Shown: piece after piece, positions 34,573 to 46,742 of the stretch
Layout of the letters: every line of letters begins with the position of its first letter
Position numbering within the stretch: the first letter of the stretch is position 1
Assembly: GCA_965205025.1 (NCBI GenBank)
Contig: CBDBFU010000013.1
Span: forward strand, 259,060-323,059
Length of the DNA stretch: 64,000 bases
Reading direction: 5' to 3'
Source of the DNA: Candidatus Poribacteria bacterium
Lineage (GTDB): Bacteria; Poribacteria; WGA-4E; WGA-3G
The notes under the pieces: model-generated
What the model was told of the DNA's origin: nothing
What the model saw: only the letters and a program-made list of their open reading frames with translations
The model's database searches: none
Translations under genes and position numbers: made by a program

Positions 34573-34605
34573 AAATAGGGTGGTTCATAAGTCCACCCTA
34601 TTTTA
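34573..34605 (-). terminator. Intrinsic terminator after groEL
   Basis: AAATAGGGTGG-loop-CCACCCTATTTT hairpin. Confidence 0.7.
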
Positions 34606-34644
34606 CTTATAACCTGTATATAGGTTGTTTGAAGTTTTCTCAGA

Positions 34645-36282
<1,638 letters not shown>

Positions 36283-36290
36283 TTACTATT

Positions 36291-36581
36291 TTAATTAACC
36301 TTGGCTAAGATATCATCTTCGCGCAAGATGAGAAATTCAATATTATCGTATGTAACTTCGGTACCGCCATATTTTGCGAACAGGACTTTATCACCGACTT
36401 CAACATCAACTGATTGTCGTTCGCCATTGTCAAGTATACGGCCTTTGCCGACCGCTACGACTTCACCCTCTTGAGGTTTTTCTTTGGCGGTGTCAGGAAT
36501 GATAATCCCGCCACTGGTTTTCTGCTCGTCCTCTTCGGACCGTTTGACGAGTATTCGATCGCCAAGGGGTACAAGTGCCAT
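36291..36581 (-). CDS. groS: Co-chaperonin GroES
   Basis: [32 protein letters not shown]. Confidence 0.98.
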   Translation of the reverse strand: MALVPLGDRILVKRSEEDEQKTSGGIIIPDTAKEKPQEGEVVAVGKGRILDNGERQSVDVEVGDKVLFAKYGGTEVTYDNIEFLILREDDILAKVN

Positions 36582-36674
36582 ATTTATAGTTTCCTCCTGA
36601 ATAATTTTTAAACATAAAACGGGTTTATTATTTTATATTAACCCGATAGCTTAACTTTATATAGAGTTAAGTAT

Positions 36675-36691
36675 AGCAATATACATGCCAA
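36675..36691 (-). promoter_or_regulatory. Sigma54 (-24/-12) promoter for groES-groEL
   Basis: Minus strand reads TTGGCATGTATATTGCT with correct GG/GC spacing; dyads TGACA-N3-TGTCA (36756-36768) and TGTCA-N3-TGGCA (36796-36808) lie upstream. Confidence 0.65.
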
Positions 36692-36838
36692 TTCTGCAAA
36701 TCTTATTATATACGCATTTATCAGAATTATATACTATCTTACCAAGAAAAAACCGTGACATTTTGTCATTATTTTATTGGATATAGTAAATAGCGTGTCA
36801 ATTTGGCATACCCTATATTAATATTCTTTTGTCTACTA

Positions 36839-37816
36839 TCAGCAGGATACAATCTGACCTGTCTTAGCAGATTGATATGCAGCAGCTAAGATGGTATTTG
36901 TCCTTAACCCATCATCACCACTTGCTATGGGCGAAATCCCTGTGGCAACACATTCTGCAAAATGCTCAAATTGGTGTTGATAGAGATCTTCATACTCAGA
37001 TGAAATAACCTGTTTCTCACCATCAAAATAAGTGTGGATTTTCCATCCATTATCGTTGACAACTGTTACTGTACCTTCTGTACCATAGATTTCAAAAACG
37101 GTATCACATTGGACAACGGAAAAACTCAGATCCGTAATACCTTGTGCTCCATTATGAAATCGCATCAGAATCGCACCGGTTTCTTCCACTTCGTAATTAT
37201 GTATTGAACTATCGCAAAATGCCGTAACCTCTTTGACTTCACCGATGATGTGCCGTAGTAAATCAACGCTGTGTGCTCCCAAATCCATCAGACATCCACC
37301 ACCGCCTTTATCCGGTTGTGCCCGCCATTCGTCATCTTTTAGTAGGTATTGTTTAAGGAAAGGCATCCTTGCGTGAACAATTTGACCTAATCGATTCTCA
37401 TCAACCCATGCTTTAATTTGTTGAAAACAAGAGTGAAACCTAAAAAGAAAGCAAACCTGTAGATGAATACTGTTCTCATTACATGCCTTAATCATTAATT
37501 CACATTCTTGTGGGATAAGTGCCATCGGTTTGTCACAGAGTACATGTAGACCACGTTCTGCTGCAGCAATGACCTGTTCACAGTGTAAATTGACAGGGGT
37601 AGACACATATATAGCATCAAGAGATGCATCGTTGAGTAAGTCATCAACGTTGTGATAGGAAGTAGTAGCATTGTGTTCGGAGGCAAGTTGTTTGGCACGT
37701 GCTGCATCCCTTGAGAAGAGTGCATGGAGTTCCGCACCAGTTGCCTTTTGTATCGCGGGCATCGCTCGACGTTGTGCTACGCTACCAGCCCCGAGGACAC
37801 CCCATTTTAATGTCAT
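36839..37816 (-). CDS. Gfo/Idh/MocA oxidoreductase
   Basis: WGVLGAG, HVLCDKP, GGGCLMDLGAH. Confidence 0.9.
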   Translation of the reverse strand: MTLKWGVLGAGSVAQRRAMPAIQKATGAELHALFSRDAARAKQLASEHNATTSYHNVDDLLNDASLDAIYVSTPVNLHCEQVIAAAERGLHVLCDKPMALIPQECELMIKACNENSIHLQVCFLFRFHSCFQQIKAWVDENRLGQIVHARMPFLKQYLLKDDEWRAQPDKGGGGCLMDLGAHSVDLLRHIIGEVKEVTAFCDSSIHNYEVEETGAILMRFHNGAQGITDLSFSVVQCDTVFEIYGTEGTVTVVNDNGWKIHTYFDGEKQVISSEYEDLYQHQFEHFAECVATGISPIASGDDGLRTNTILAAAYQSAKTGQIVSC

Positions 37817-37899
37817 TTTTTCTCCAATCTTGTTTACAGTTAACTGTTTCTGGATATAGAATATCCGTTAATCAGTGGTAAGAATTATTTCATAATAAA

Positions 37900-38655
37900 T
37901 TAGACCAACAATAGATATATCCCTGTAACAAACAGGACGATAAGCACAATTCTGGAAAAGATGTGTTCGGAAAAACGGTTGTTTAGATATACACCAACTT
38001 GTACACCAAGTGCGACAAATGGAAGGAGTAATGCTGTTTCGATAAAGAGTTCAAAGGTGAATAAACCGAGTTGGAAATAGACCGGAATCTTCGTTAAATT
38101 AATGAAAAAATATAGGATAGTCGTTGTTGCTACAAATGTGCGATTACCTAACTTCTGAGGTAGAAGATACATAATGATAATCGGACCAGCCATATGTGCA
38201 AGAGTGGAAAAAACACCAGCAACAATACCAGCAATCACACCATGCCATACTTTAAACTGAATTATTGTGTCTGGGTCTGCCGTATCTGGACCTAACCACT
38301 GCAGTATTCGTACCCGAAAGAATTCTATTACTGCAAAAAGACAAACGATTCCTCCTATGACTTTCTTTAGATGATAATTTGATATGTCTTTTAAGATAAA
38401 ACTGGCAAGTATAATACCTATGATGGCTCCAGGAATAAGTCTCCAAATACTGGTACGATGCCACTGTTTCCAATAATGTCCTAATGAGATAATATCGGTG
38501 GAGAATAGTAAGGGTAGCATAAGAGCAATGACATTTCGCGGGGATCGAAATTGTGTGAATAGTGGTACAACAAACATACCAATTCCACCACCGAATCCTG
38601 CCTTGCTTACACCTGTGAGACAAGTTCCAAAACATAAGATGATTATTTCAAAGAT
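37900..38655 (-). CDS. TauE/SafE-family permease
   Basis: GVSKAGFGGG motif in frame upstream of the annotated ATG; STLAHMAGP; multiple TM segments. Confidence 0.85.
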   Translation of the reverse strand: MFEIIILCFGTCLTGVSKAGFGGGIGMFVVPLFTQFRSPRNVIALMLPLLFSTDIISLGHYWKQWHRTSIWRLIPGAIIGIILASFILKDISNYHLKKVIGGIVCLFAVIEFFRVRILQWLGPDTADPDTIIQFKVWHGVIAGIVAGVFSTLAHMAGPIIIMYLLPQKLGNRTFVATTTILYFFINLTKIPVYFQLGLFTFELFIETALLLPFVALGVQVGVYLNNRFSEHIFSRIVLIVLFVTGIYLLLV

Positions 38656-38790
38656 GTGGTTTCTCCTGAAGATCCTTCATTATGTTAATGGAGTTTATGA
38701 TAATGAATATGATAGGTTTTGTCAAGGTAGTAGCGTATTTTACCAGGTATTTACGTCGTGTGAATATCTATTATTACCAAACATATAAAG

Positions 38791-38819
38791 TTGACATCCA
38801 GCATTAATTATGATATAAT
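38791..38819 (+). promoter_or_regulatory. Sigma70 promoter of rpsU
   Basis: TTGACA-17bp-TATAAT perfect consensus. Confidence 0.8.
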
Positions 38820-38853
38820 TTTACCAGTTATTTGCTATAGGAGGTTCATTAAA

Positions 38854-39078
38854 ATGGTTCAAGTAGAAGTAACAGTCGATTCTGGTGAATCGTTTGATAG
38901 GGCACTCGCTCGTTTCAAAAAAATGTGTGGCAAAGCCGGTGTTGTCACTGAAATTAAGAAACGTAGTTTTTATGAGAAACCGAGTGAGAAGCGTCGCCGA
39001 ATCGAGTTGAAACGACAGCGGAAAGTAAGACCGCGTACAACAGAATACCGTCCACGCTACGATAACAACAGTAGATAA
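38854..39078 (+). CDS. rpsU: 30S ribosomal protein S21
   Basis: ESFDRALARFKK, FYEKPSEKRR; RBS AGGAGG. Confidence 0.95.
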   Translation: MVQVEVTVDSGESFDRALARFKKMCGKAGVVTEIKKRSFYEKPSEKRRRIELKRQRKVRPRTTEYRPRYDNNSR

Positions 39079-39098
39079 GCGGTTGCAGGAGATAATAT

Positions 39099-39626
39099 AT
39101 GCCCGATCGGGATATTGCCGAATCAAATGGGAATTATAAAGGACTGTTAATTCAATATTGTCAGGAACGCGGTATGAACCACCCACGGTTCACAGAAACG
39201 CAACATGGCACACCAGAAGCCCCAATGTGGAAGGTGACAGTACAGTATGGGGATAGGGTTCATGAGACGATGTATCCGATACCAGGGGCAAAGAAAGAGG
39301 CACATCAGTTCGCTGCGAAAGAGATACTCGATGAAATTTACGAAAACCGTGAACGCTTATTATCGGGTGAAGAAAATACAGATGAAAATTCAATGTCTGA
39401 ACTTCTTGAAGTGGAACTACTTGATGAATCTAAAGAAGTTCCATTATCGCTTGTTACCAGTGCATTGACGGTGGCTAATGAACGTCTTGGTTCATCACAA
39501 CCTTCAAGATATCGAAGTATAACCGATGTTGAATACTCTCAGAAATTAGCACAGTTAACAATACAGATTGTTACAGATTTAGTAAAGGCAGCGGATAAAT
39601 CCAATATAGAGTTTCCTGATGCATAA
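39099..39626 (+). CDS. Stand-alone dsRNA-binding-motif protein with acidic/helical C-terminus
   Basis: NYKGLLIQYCQ...P.F...GTPEAPMWKVTV...KKEAHQFAAKEIL matches the dsRBD pattern; no RNase III catalytic signature. Confidence 0.7.
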   Translation: MPDRDIAESNGNYKGLLIQYCQERGMNHPRFTETQHGTPEAPMWKVTVQYGDRVHETMYPIPGAKKEAHQFAAKEILDEIYENRERLLSGEENTDENSMSELLEVELLDESKEVPLSLVTSALTVANERLGSSQPSRYRSITDVEYSQKLAQLTIQIVTDLVKAADKSNIEFPDA

Positions 39627-39633
39627 GTCCGTG

Positions 39634-39668
39634 AAACGGGGTCAGTCGTCTGACCCCGTTTTTATTTT
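39634..39668 (+). terminator. Intrinsic terminator of the rpsU operon
   Basis: AAACGGGGTCAG-TCGT-CTGACCCCGTTT followed by T-rich run. Confidence 0.85.
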
Positions 39669-39772
39669 CAACATCTGATAAACATAATCATAGATAACTA
39701 TCCTCTTGACTATCACACATACATTATAATATAATTAAAACAATACTTAAACTTGACTCTAAGGTAGATACG

Positions 39773-40465
39773 ATGCAGGAAAAGATACAGTCCGTTCCGA
39801 CAATTGTATATCCGACATCGGATGGTAAACCTATGGCAGAAACCGATATACATCGCGATCTGATGATGGATTTTATCTGGATGCTAAAGCAACATTTTCG
39901 ACATCAAAACGATGTTTACGTATCAGGAAATCTGTTGATTTATTATGAAAAAGGGGAGCCAAGGAAATCCATTTCGCCAGATGTATTTGTGGTTTTTGGT
40001 ATAGAAAAAAAGGAACGACTAAACTATTTGACTTGGGAAGAGGGACATACACCTGATTTTGTCTTGGAAATAGCAAGTAGAAGGACTTATCGGAAGGATA
40101 TCGGACCTAAAAAGGAGCTTTATGCATCTGTTCTTGGTGTGAAGGAATATTTCATTTACGATCCTCTTGGACAAATTGTACCAAGTTTTATTGGATTTAG
40201 CCTTATTGAAGGTATATATAGAGAGATAGAATTTGCCAGTGGTAGGCTCCCATCAGAAATATTAGATTTAGAACTGGGTGAACAGGATGGTAGATTAGGA
40301 TTATATAACCCTAACACAGCACAATGGTTAAAACCACCTACTGAACAGATTGAGAAGGCTGACGAACGTGTCCGACAGGAGATGACAGCACGGAAAGAAG
40401 CAGAAGCAGAACTTGCTGAAGCCTTGGTAGAAATTGAACGCTTACGTGCAAATAGAGATAATTAA
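39773..40465 (+). CDS. Uma2 family putative restriction endonuclease
   Basis: DGKPMAET..H, SPDVFV, PDFVLEIAS, EYFIYDP. Confidence 0.9.
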   Translation: MQEKIQSVPTIVYPTSDGKPMAETDIHRDLMMDFIWMLKQHFRHQNDVYVSGNLLIYYEKGEPRKSISPDVFVVFGIEKKERLNYLTWEEGHTPDFVLEIASRRTYRKDIGPKKELYASVLGVKEYFIYDPLGQIVPSFIGFSLIEGIYREIEFASGRLPSEILDLELGEQDGRLGLYNPNTAQWLKPPTEQIEKADERVRQEMTARKEAEAELAEALVEIERLRANRDN

Positions 40466-40629
40466 ATTACACAGTTGATCTTCTATATGCAGTTATCTAT
40501 ACCATATATCTTCCTTCCTATTCTTATCACTTTTCAATAACTTCAATTGTGTTGCCAGTATGTACCTCCATTAAAGATTAAAACAGGCAACAATTTTTAA
40601 TACCCTACTAGTAATATCCAATCAAATAT

Positions 40630-41313
40630 ATGGTCAATCATATTAAAAACCGGTTACGTCAAAACCGCTTTTTAGCACCTTTAATGGGATGTCCATATCC
40701 TGCTCCACGATGGAATCGATCCGTAAAACGTGTGATTCGTGAACTCGGAACAGATACCTGTATATTGGATTTAGGTTCGGGTATACATCGTCGTGCAGAA
40801 AATGTCATTAATCTTGAAATATCAGTAACGCCTATGGTGGATGTGGTAGGGGATGGACACGTTCTACCGTTTGCAGACAACGTTTTTGATGCTGTAATAT
40901 CAGAAGCAGTGTTAGAACACGTACATGATCCACAGATGGTAGTTGCTGAGATGTATCGTGTGTTGAAACCGGGTGGATATATATGTGCTGCTGTGCCATT
41001 TTTACAAGGATATCATGCATCCCCTCACGATTACCAACGGTGGACAACAACTGGATTTGTTACTTTATTTTCTGATTTTATAGAAGTTGAAAGTGGTGCA
41101 TGTGCAGGTCCAACGACAGCATTACATTGGGTTTTTCGCGAATATATTGGCTTGATTTTCTCTTTTGGTAGTTTGTTGATTGCTAAAGCAGTATCACTAT
41201 TGGTCGGATGGTTAACATTTCCGTTAGTATGGTTAGATACATTGTTAATGTTACATCCACATTCACATATATTAGCATCTGCAGTATATTTTATAGGTAA
41301 AAAAGAGGGATAG
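40630..41313 (+). CDS. Class I SAM-dependent methyltransferase
   Basis: ILDLGSG, LPFADNVFD, VLEHV, RVLKPGG. Confidence 0.88.
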   Translation: MVNHIKNRLRQNRFLAPLMGCPYPAPRWNRSVKRVIRELGTDTCILDLGSGIHRRAENVINLEISVTPMVDVVGDGHVLPFADNVFDAVISEAVLEHVHDPQMVVAEMYRVLKPGGYICAAVPFLQGYHASPHDYQRWTTTGFVTLFSDFIEVESGACAGPTTALHWVFREYIGLIFSFGSLLIAKAVSLLVGWLTFPLVWLDTLLMLHPHSHILASAVYFIGKKEG

Positions 41314-41446
41314 GGTTAGATTTCAAATTTGCAGTTGAGATAAGAGTATTCTAATGGAGATGAACCTGCAAAAGATTAGGCGTACTTGAATAGCACGCCT
41401 AACCTTCTAAAAGTCTGTAAAGTTCTTAACAAGATCTGCAGAAATA

Positions 41447-42694
41447 CTACTGTTCTTTTGGTTGAAATTGGTTAGCTTCAACAAAATACAGAAAACCGAT
41501 ACACATTTCATCTGTGGTCTTATCACCCCATCCAACAGGTACGGGTGGATCGTGTGGATTAGCAGGATTCTCAGCAGAATTGTCAAAATGTGCAATGAGA
41601 GATATATGTGTTCCTGCAGGTAAAAAGATCGGTTTACGGTAATGATAGATGTCCTGCCAATTGAAGTCCCAGTCCTTTATCCAAATTAGGTTGATAGGAT
41701 CACTTGTTGGCGGTTTTGCTACAATCTGTATATCCCGTCCGAGAAGATGCATGTGCGGCATTGTTGCCAATAAATAACTATCTTTTTCCACCTTTTCATT
41801 AGCATGAACTGCATATTTTGCATCCCCAGCGGGAATCATAAATTTATCATTAATAGCAGCACCAATGTGTAATGGGGCAGTTTTCTCTGTTTTGGAGAAG
41901 TAGAGTCCGACCCGTGATTGGTCGTGTTCGATATGTCCTGTTCGGTAATAATGGACTTGTAGAACAATATCTGCTCCTTTAGGTAATAAATAACCGACAC
42001 CTTCTGGCAAAACGGAAGGCGTTAAACCTGGTGCCCATCCACCGAGTGTTCCTACAGCATCAATACCTGGTCCAGTGCCTTCTGTTACATATCCGGGTTT
42101 AGGATCTTGTGCATCAAGTTGCCGCGCCTGTCCTTTCGTATCCAAATATACAATTACATGGTGAACAGTCTTTCGATTCCCGGGTTGTACATCAACGGAT
42201 TGGACATACATATCTGTGTCGAAATTGGTAGGGATAATAAAATGCCGATATTCGTCTTCACCTTCTGGTTCAATTTCATATTCCACAGGCATTTCAACAA
42301 TATGATCAGGTTCACCGAGTACCCATCCTTCAGTGAATTTAGGGTTTGGTGGTACAGCAGACAAATCACCAGCGGGGGCATCGGATGCAGCCCAATCGGA
42401 TATCATCTGAATCTCTTTGTCTGTGAGACGTCTTTCATTCTTAAATTCACCAAATCCAGACGCTGGTTTCCAAGGAGGCATTAAACGTTCTTCAGTATAT
42501 GCTGCTATTTCAGTTGCCCAAGCTTTGGCATCACCATAGTCTGTGAGAGAGAAAGGAGCGACTTCACCTTGTCGATGGCAACTTTGACATTCTCTTTGTA
42601 AAATCGGAGCGATATGTTCGCTATATGTTACTTCCGCATAGATGTTTGGAATAAATAGAGCGGTTGTAAGGAGTACTATTAGGATATATTTCAT
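41447..42694 (-). CDS. Secreted cytochrome c + copper type II (ascorbate-dependent) monooxygenase-like protein
   Basis: Signal peptide, CQSCH, VHH, QVHY, PHMH, DEMC. Confidence 0.8.
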   Translation of the reverse strand: MKYILIVLLTTALFIPNIYAEVTYSEHIAPILQRECQSCHRQGEVAPFSLTDYGDAKAWATEIAAYTEERLMPPWKPASGFGEFKNERRLTDKEIQMISDWAASDAPAGDLSAVPPNPKFTEGWVLGEPDHIVEMPVEYEIEPEGEDEYRHFIIPTNFDTDMYVQSVDVQPGNRKTVHHVIVYLDTKGQARQLDAQDPKPGYVTEGTGPGIDAVGTLGGWAPGLTPSVLPEGVGYLLPKGADIVLQVHYYRTGHIEHDQSRVGLYFSKTEKTAPLHIGAAINDKFMIPAGDAKYAVHANEKVEKDSYLLATMPHMHLLGRDIQIVAKPPTSDPINLIWIKDWDFNWQDIYHYRKPIFLPAGTHISLIAHFDNSAENPANPHDPPVPVGWGDKTTDEMCIGFLYFVEANQFQPKEQ

Positions 42695-42897
42695 TGATAT
42701 AGAACTGTCCTTAAAAGTAGGTTAGTATGTATTATATTATATTTTAATAGGTGGTAAATGTCAAGTGTGAATACTCATGATTATATCTGGAAGTTAACAT
42801 TTTCGATACAGTATTAAACTGTAGTTAACTATCCTGTCAGGATTTGTTTCCCATCCAAATACAGCTTTATACTTGAAATCGGTAGACTACTTAGAAA

Positions 42898-44031
42898 TCA
42901 ATTACCTATTGAAAGTAGACGGGCAGCTTGTTCTGCAGTATCGGCTATTAAATGTACTGCATCAGATACGGCATCTTCAAGCGTCATAGGTGTTTGAGCA
43001 ATTCCTAACATAGCATCAATACCTTTAGCATATACATCTTTTGCTCCTTCACCGATACTACCAGCAATTGCTATAACTGGAATGTTATAGGTTTTAGCTA
43101 CTTTTGCTACACCGACAGGTGTTTTGCCAAAGGCAGTCTGAAAATCTAATTGTCCTTCACCCGTAATGACAAGAGATGCGCCTTTCATTCGTTCTCTTAG
43201 ATTGACAGCATCAATCATAATATCAATACCGAGTTTTAATTCAGCATTGAGAAAAGCCATTAATCCCGCTCCTAATCCTCCAGCGGCACCAGCACCAGGC
43301 GTATTATTAAAGGATTTACCGAGTGTCCGTGTTAGAATCGCGTCATAGTGTGCAAGATTGGCATCAAGGGTATCCACCATTTCAGGAGTTGCACCTTTTT
43401 GCGGTCCATAGACCTGAGATGCACCGTCTGGACCAGTCAAGGGATTGTTAACATCACATGCGACAATTGTTTCCGTCTCCAAAATTGCCGGATGTAAGTC
43501 TGTAATATCTATTGACTCTAATTCCGCTATACCGTCTCCACCCCGTTCAATCAAGGTACAGTCCCCTTTTAGGAACTTTACACCAAGTGCTTCAGCCATG
43601 CCAGCCCCACCATCATTTGTAGCACTTCCACCAATACCGATGATGAGTCGTCTACATCCTAAATCTAAGGCTGCATGAATCAGTTGTCCTGTACCAAAAG
43701 TTGTAGTTCTTAAAGGATTCCTCTTATCGGGTGGAACGAGGGTAAGACCAGACGCAGATGCCATTTCAATAACTGCAGTTTTTCCATCTGATAATATACC
43801 AAATTCAGCTTCAACTTCATTGCCGTGTGGACTGAGTACGCGTTCTGTTCTAATATGTCCACCGGTTGCATCGACAAGGGATTGCACTGTTCCTTCACCA
43901 CCATCTGCCATAGGGATTTTCTCAATTATAGCTTCTGGAAACACACGATGGAGACCTTGCTCAATTGCATTCGCTGCTTCTAATGCTGTAACACTACCTT
44001 TGAATGAATCCGGTGCAATTACGATTTTCAT
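42898..44031 (-). CDS. glxK: Glycerate kinase (GlxK family)
   Basis: IAPDSFKGS, ADGGEGT, GGSATNDGG, GAAGGLG. Confidence 0.93.
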   Translation of the reverse strand: MKIVIAPDSFKGSVTALEAANAIEQGLHRVFPEAIIEKIPMADGGEGTVQSLVDATGGHIRTERVLSPHGNEVEAEFGILSDGKTAVIEMASASGLTLVPPDKRNPLRTTTFGTGQLIHAALDLGCRRLIIGIGGSATNDGGAGMAEALGVKFLKGDCTLIERGGDGIAELESIDITDLHPAILETETIVACDVNNPLTGPDGASQVYGPQKGATPEMVDTLDANLAHYDAILTRTLGKSFNNTPGAGAAGGLGAGLMAFLNAELKLGIDIMIDAVNLRERMKGASLVITGEGQLDFQTAFGKTPVGVAKVAKTYNIPVIAIAGSIGEGAKDVYAKGIDAMLGIAQTPMTLEDAVSDAVHLIADTAEQAARLLSIGN

Positions 44032-44326
44032 AACGGTAAGTCTACTATACGAAGCATAGGTTGTCAAGCAGTGAAAGAGTCGAAATCAGACTTAGTGTAA
44101 GGGTCTCTTGGTTGTCCTAATTCGGGTGTGTAAGTTTTTAGTGATAAAAAGCAGAATAGAGGATATCCTTTCGTAAATTATTATTATTTTAATCAGGACT
44201 TATGCAAAATAAATCCCTTATCAGGGACTACTATGAGTGCTCGAAATGTGAATTATTTAAAAAAAGTTGAAGAAATCTCTATCATTATACAACTCATAGG
44301 TATAAACAAAATACCGAGAGAAAAAT

Positions 44327-44437
44327 ATGTTACGTGAAATACTCACAAGTAGAGTTCTACAGATAGGTTTCGTTTTGTGTGCCGTAATAATCAGCAGCTT
44401 ACAATTGTATAGTTGGCACATCCGAATGCATACTTAG
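44327..44437 (+). CDS. 36-aa hydrophobic ORF, possibly a truncated N-terminus of a secreted protein family
   Basis: MLREILTSRVLQIGFVLCAVIISSLQLYSWHIRMHT* translated manually. Confidence 0.35.
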   Translation: MLREILTSRVLQIGFVLCAVIISSLQLYSWHIRMHT

Positions 44438-44476
44438 ATTTACAACCGCAATAGACGTTTGAATTAGGAGATTTTC

Positions 44477-45766
44477 ATGTCTACCAAATACAAAAATAAA
44501 CTTATATACAAAATTCTATTATTTTTAATTCTTTTACTAAGTATCTTTATGTTGTTGCCATATATGTCAGAGAAAACACCACAGATATCAACAAGAACCA
44601 AGACTTCTACTTTCCCGCATCAGATTATATCAATCCCCAACCTGTCTGAAACCCCTCAATTTATGAAGACAGACACAATTCCACCTTTGTCTATTCAGCA
44701 AACACAACTATTAGAAGAATTAATTACAGAAGCCAAAGAATACACCGACAAAATCATAAACGGTGAGATTGAATTTTCAGTGACACTATATATGAAGAGT
44801 CCTTCTGAACCAGAAAACTTCTTCAAAGCAGTTTGGGAATCGGTAGGTAACCGTCTGACCGCTCAGCATGAAAAGCAAAAAAACAGTGAGCAGACCTATG
44901 ACTCAGAGGGAAAATGGGATATAACATACCGGTTTGATAAAGATTTCGAATTCTTTGATATAAAAGCTGTCAAGAATCGTGAAATGGATCGTTGGCTTAT
45001 AACTATTCTTTCTCCGAATGGACAGATTACTAAAGCAGACAGATATAGAACACACGATCAATTCCTGAGACATAAAAAACAGACTCTTTATATACGAGTT
45101 GGAGCACAGTGGAAACCTTATTCTCAATGGCTTCTGTCCCAACCAGCAACAACAGACGTACCAGATTTTTATGAAAGGTACAATCCCTTTTGGTGGCAGT
45201 TTGGATATCCCACTAACTTTGACACATTTATTCAAAAACATAACCCCACAGTTGTAAAAATGGTTAATATGAATGGAATCCCGCAAGTTTACCTCCAAGT
45301 TTATCAAACAGGACAGGTCCAATCAACTTCTCGGGCAAGGACTATAGAACTCTTAATGCATCCCAATACTGGTATTCATCCTAAACGTATATTGATAGGT
45401 TATCGGAGAGCATCAATGGAGCCGGAAGTTGAAGAAAATTGGTTTGCAACACCAACCCCGATACCAGGTAAATTCACCTACGCAGAATCAGTCGGATATT
45501 CTCGCATTACTTCAGAACTTGCACAATATGAACCAGGAATCTGGTTTCCAAAAACTGTTACTGAAGAAAAATTATCTGGGGCATGTCTTTCCAAATTGTT
45601 TCCTGAACTCCCTCGCTCCGAATATCCTGTAATTATGAAAGAAGAACTTTTACCCGATTGGTTCATCGAGGAGCTGCAAGGCAACCCTTATTGGAAAAGG
45701 GTCATGACAGTCCACCGAGCAGCTTTTAATATCCCGAATTTACATATCACCAATTTTAATCCGTAA
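44477..45766 (+). CDS. Hypothetical membrane-anchored protein
   Basis: 429-aa ORF, RBS AGGAG, N-terminal TM segment. Confidence 0.7.
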   Translation: MSTKYKNKLIYKILLFLILLLSIFMLLPYMSEKTPQISTRTKTSTFPHQIISIPNLSETPQFMKTDTIPPLSIQQTQLLEELITEAKEYTDKIINGEIEFSVTLYMKSPSEPENFFKAVWESVGNRLTAQHEKQKNSEQTYDSEGKWDITYRFDKDFEFFDIKAVKNREMDRWLITILSPNGQITKADRYRTHDQFLRHKKQTLYIRVGAQWKPYSQWLLSQPATTDVPDFYERYNPFWWQFGYPTNFDTFIQKHNPTVVKMVNMNGIPQVYLQVYQTGQVQSTSRARTIELLMHPNTGIHPKRILIGYRRASMEPEVEENWFATPTPIPGKFTYAESVGYSRITSELAQYEPGIWFPKTVTEEKLSGACLSKLFPELPRSEYPVIMKEELLPDWFIEELQGNPYWKRVMTVHRAAFNIPNLHITNFNP

Positions 45767-45956
45767 AGATAGTTAACACTATTTTTCAACGATATTTTGA
45801 CAGTTTAAGGGATTAGAAAAAATAATTTGACTGATATTTATCAAAATCCATCAGAATTCAATTTTTATCAGTGTTCACCTTCCTAAGTGATATGTTATAC
45901 TTGGAAATAGAGAGAGTATATGGTATTATCATAGTATTCTATAAAACAGGTGATTT

Positions 45957-46721
45957 ATGAGTTGGCAATTGGAAACAACAGTCTCTAACGAACAAGTTAG
46001 TTTTTATAATGATAACGGTTATCTATCTTTCGGTCGTATTTTCACAGAACCGGAACTGGATGAATTACGGGAATATGTGGACGATATGATTGAGAATCTA
46101 CCAGAAGGTAAACGTCCAGAACAGATGGATGTTCCACATTTTGAGCATCCATATCTCTTTAAATACCTAACGCATCCTAATGTGTTAAAGGTAGTAGAAC
46201 GATTTATCGGTCCAGATATAGTGCTTTGGTCCAGTCATTTTATTAGTAAACGGGAGAATGACGGTATGGAGGTGCCATGGCACCAGGACGGTGTTTATTG
46301 GGGTAAAATGTTAGAACCGATGCATGTTATAACTATGTGGCTGGCAGTTGATGAATCTAAGGTAGAAAACGGTTGTATGCGTGTTATTCCTGGAAGTCAC
46401 AACCATCGAGATCGTCGATATGAGGCAGTCGATCGTGATAATAATCTCTTTGGAAGTGAAGTTGTGGAAGATGATTTGGACGCATCCATAGCTGTTAACC
46501 TTGAATTAGAGGTGGGTGAGTGTCATTTTCACGATGCGTGGACAATCCATAACTCCAGTCCAAATGTATCCAACAAACGGAGATGTGGGTATACAATGCG
46601 TTACATGCCTGCAAATGTGCTTTATCACGGAGCGAATTGGCGACGGGCACACCACATCTACTTGCTTCAAGGTGAAGATCGGACAGATGGTTATAATACC
46701 TATGCTCCAATACCTACCTAA
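45957..46721 (+). CDS. Phytanoyl-CoA dioxygenase (PhyH) family protein
   Basis: PWHQD, NGCMRVIPGSH, H-NS-PN...RR. Confidence 0.92.
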   Translation: MSWQLETTVSNEQVSFYNDNGYLSFGRIFTEPELDELREYVDDMIENLPEGKRPEQMDVPHFEHPYLFKYLTHPNVLKVVERFIGPDIVLWSSHFISKRENDGMEVPWHQDGVYWGKMLEPMHVITMWLAVDESKVENGCMRVIPGSHNHRDRRYEAVDRDNNLFGSEVVEDDLDASIAVNLELEVGECHFHDAWTIHNSSPNVSNKRRCGYTMRYMPANVLYHGANWRRAHHIYLLQGEDRTDGYNTYAPIPT

Positions 46722-46742
46722 GCTATCCTAAGAGGAGAATTT

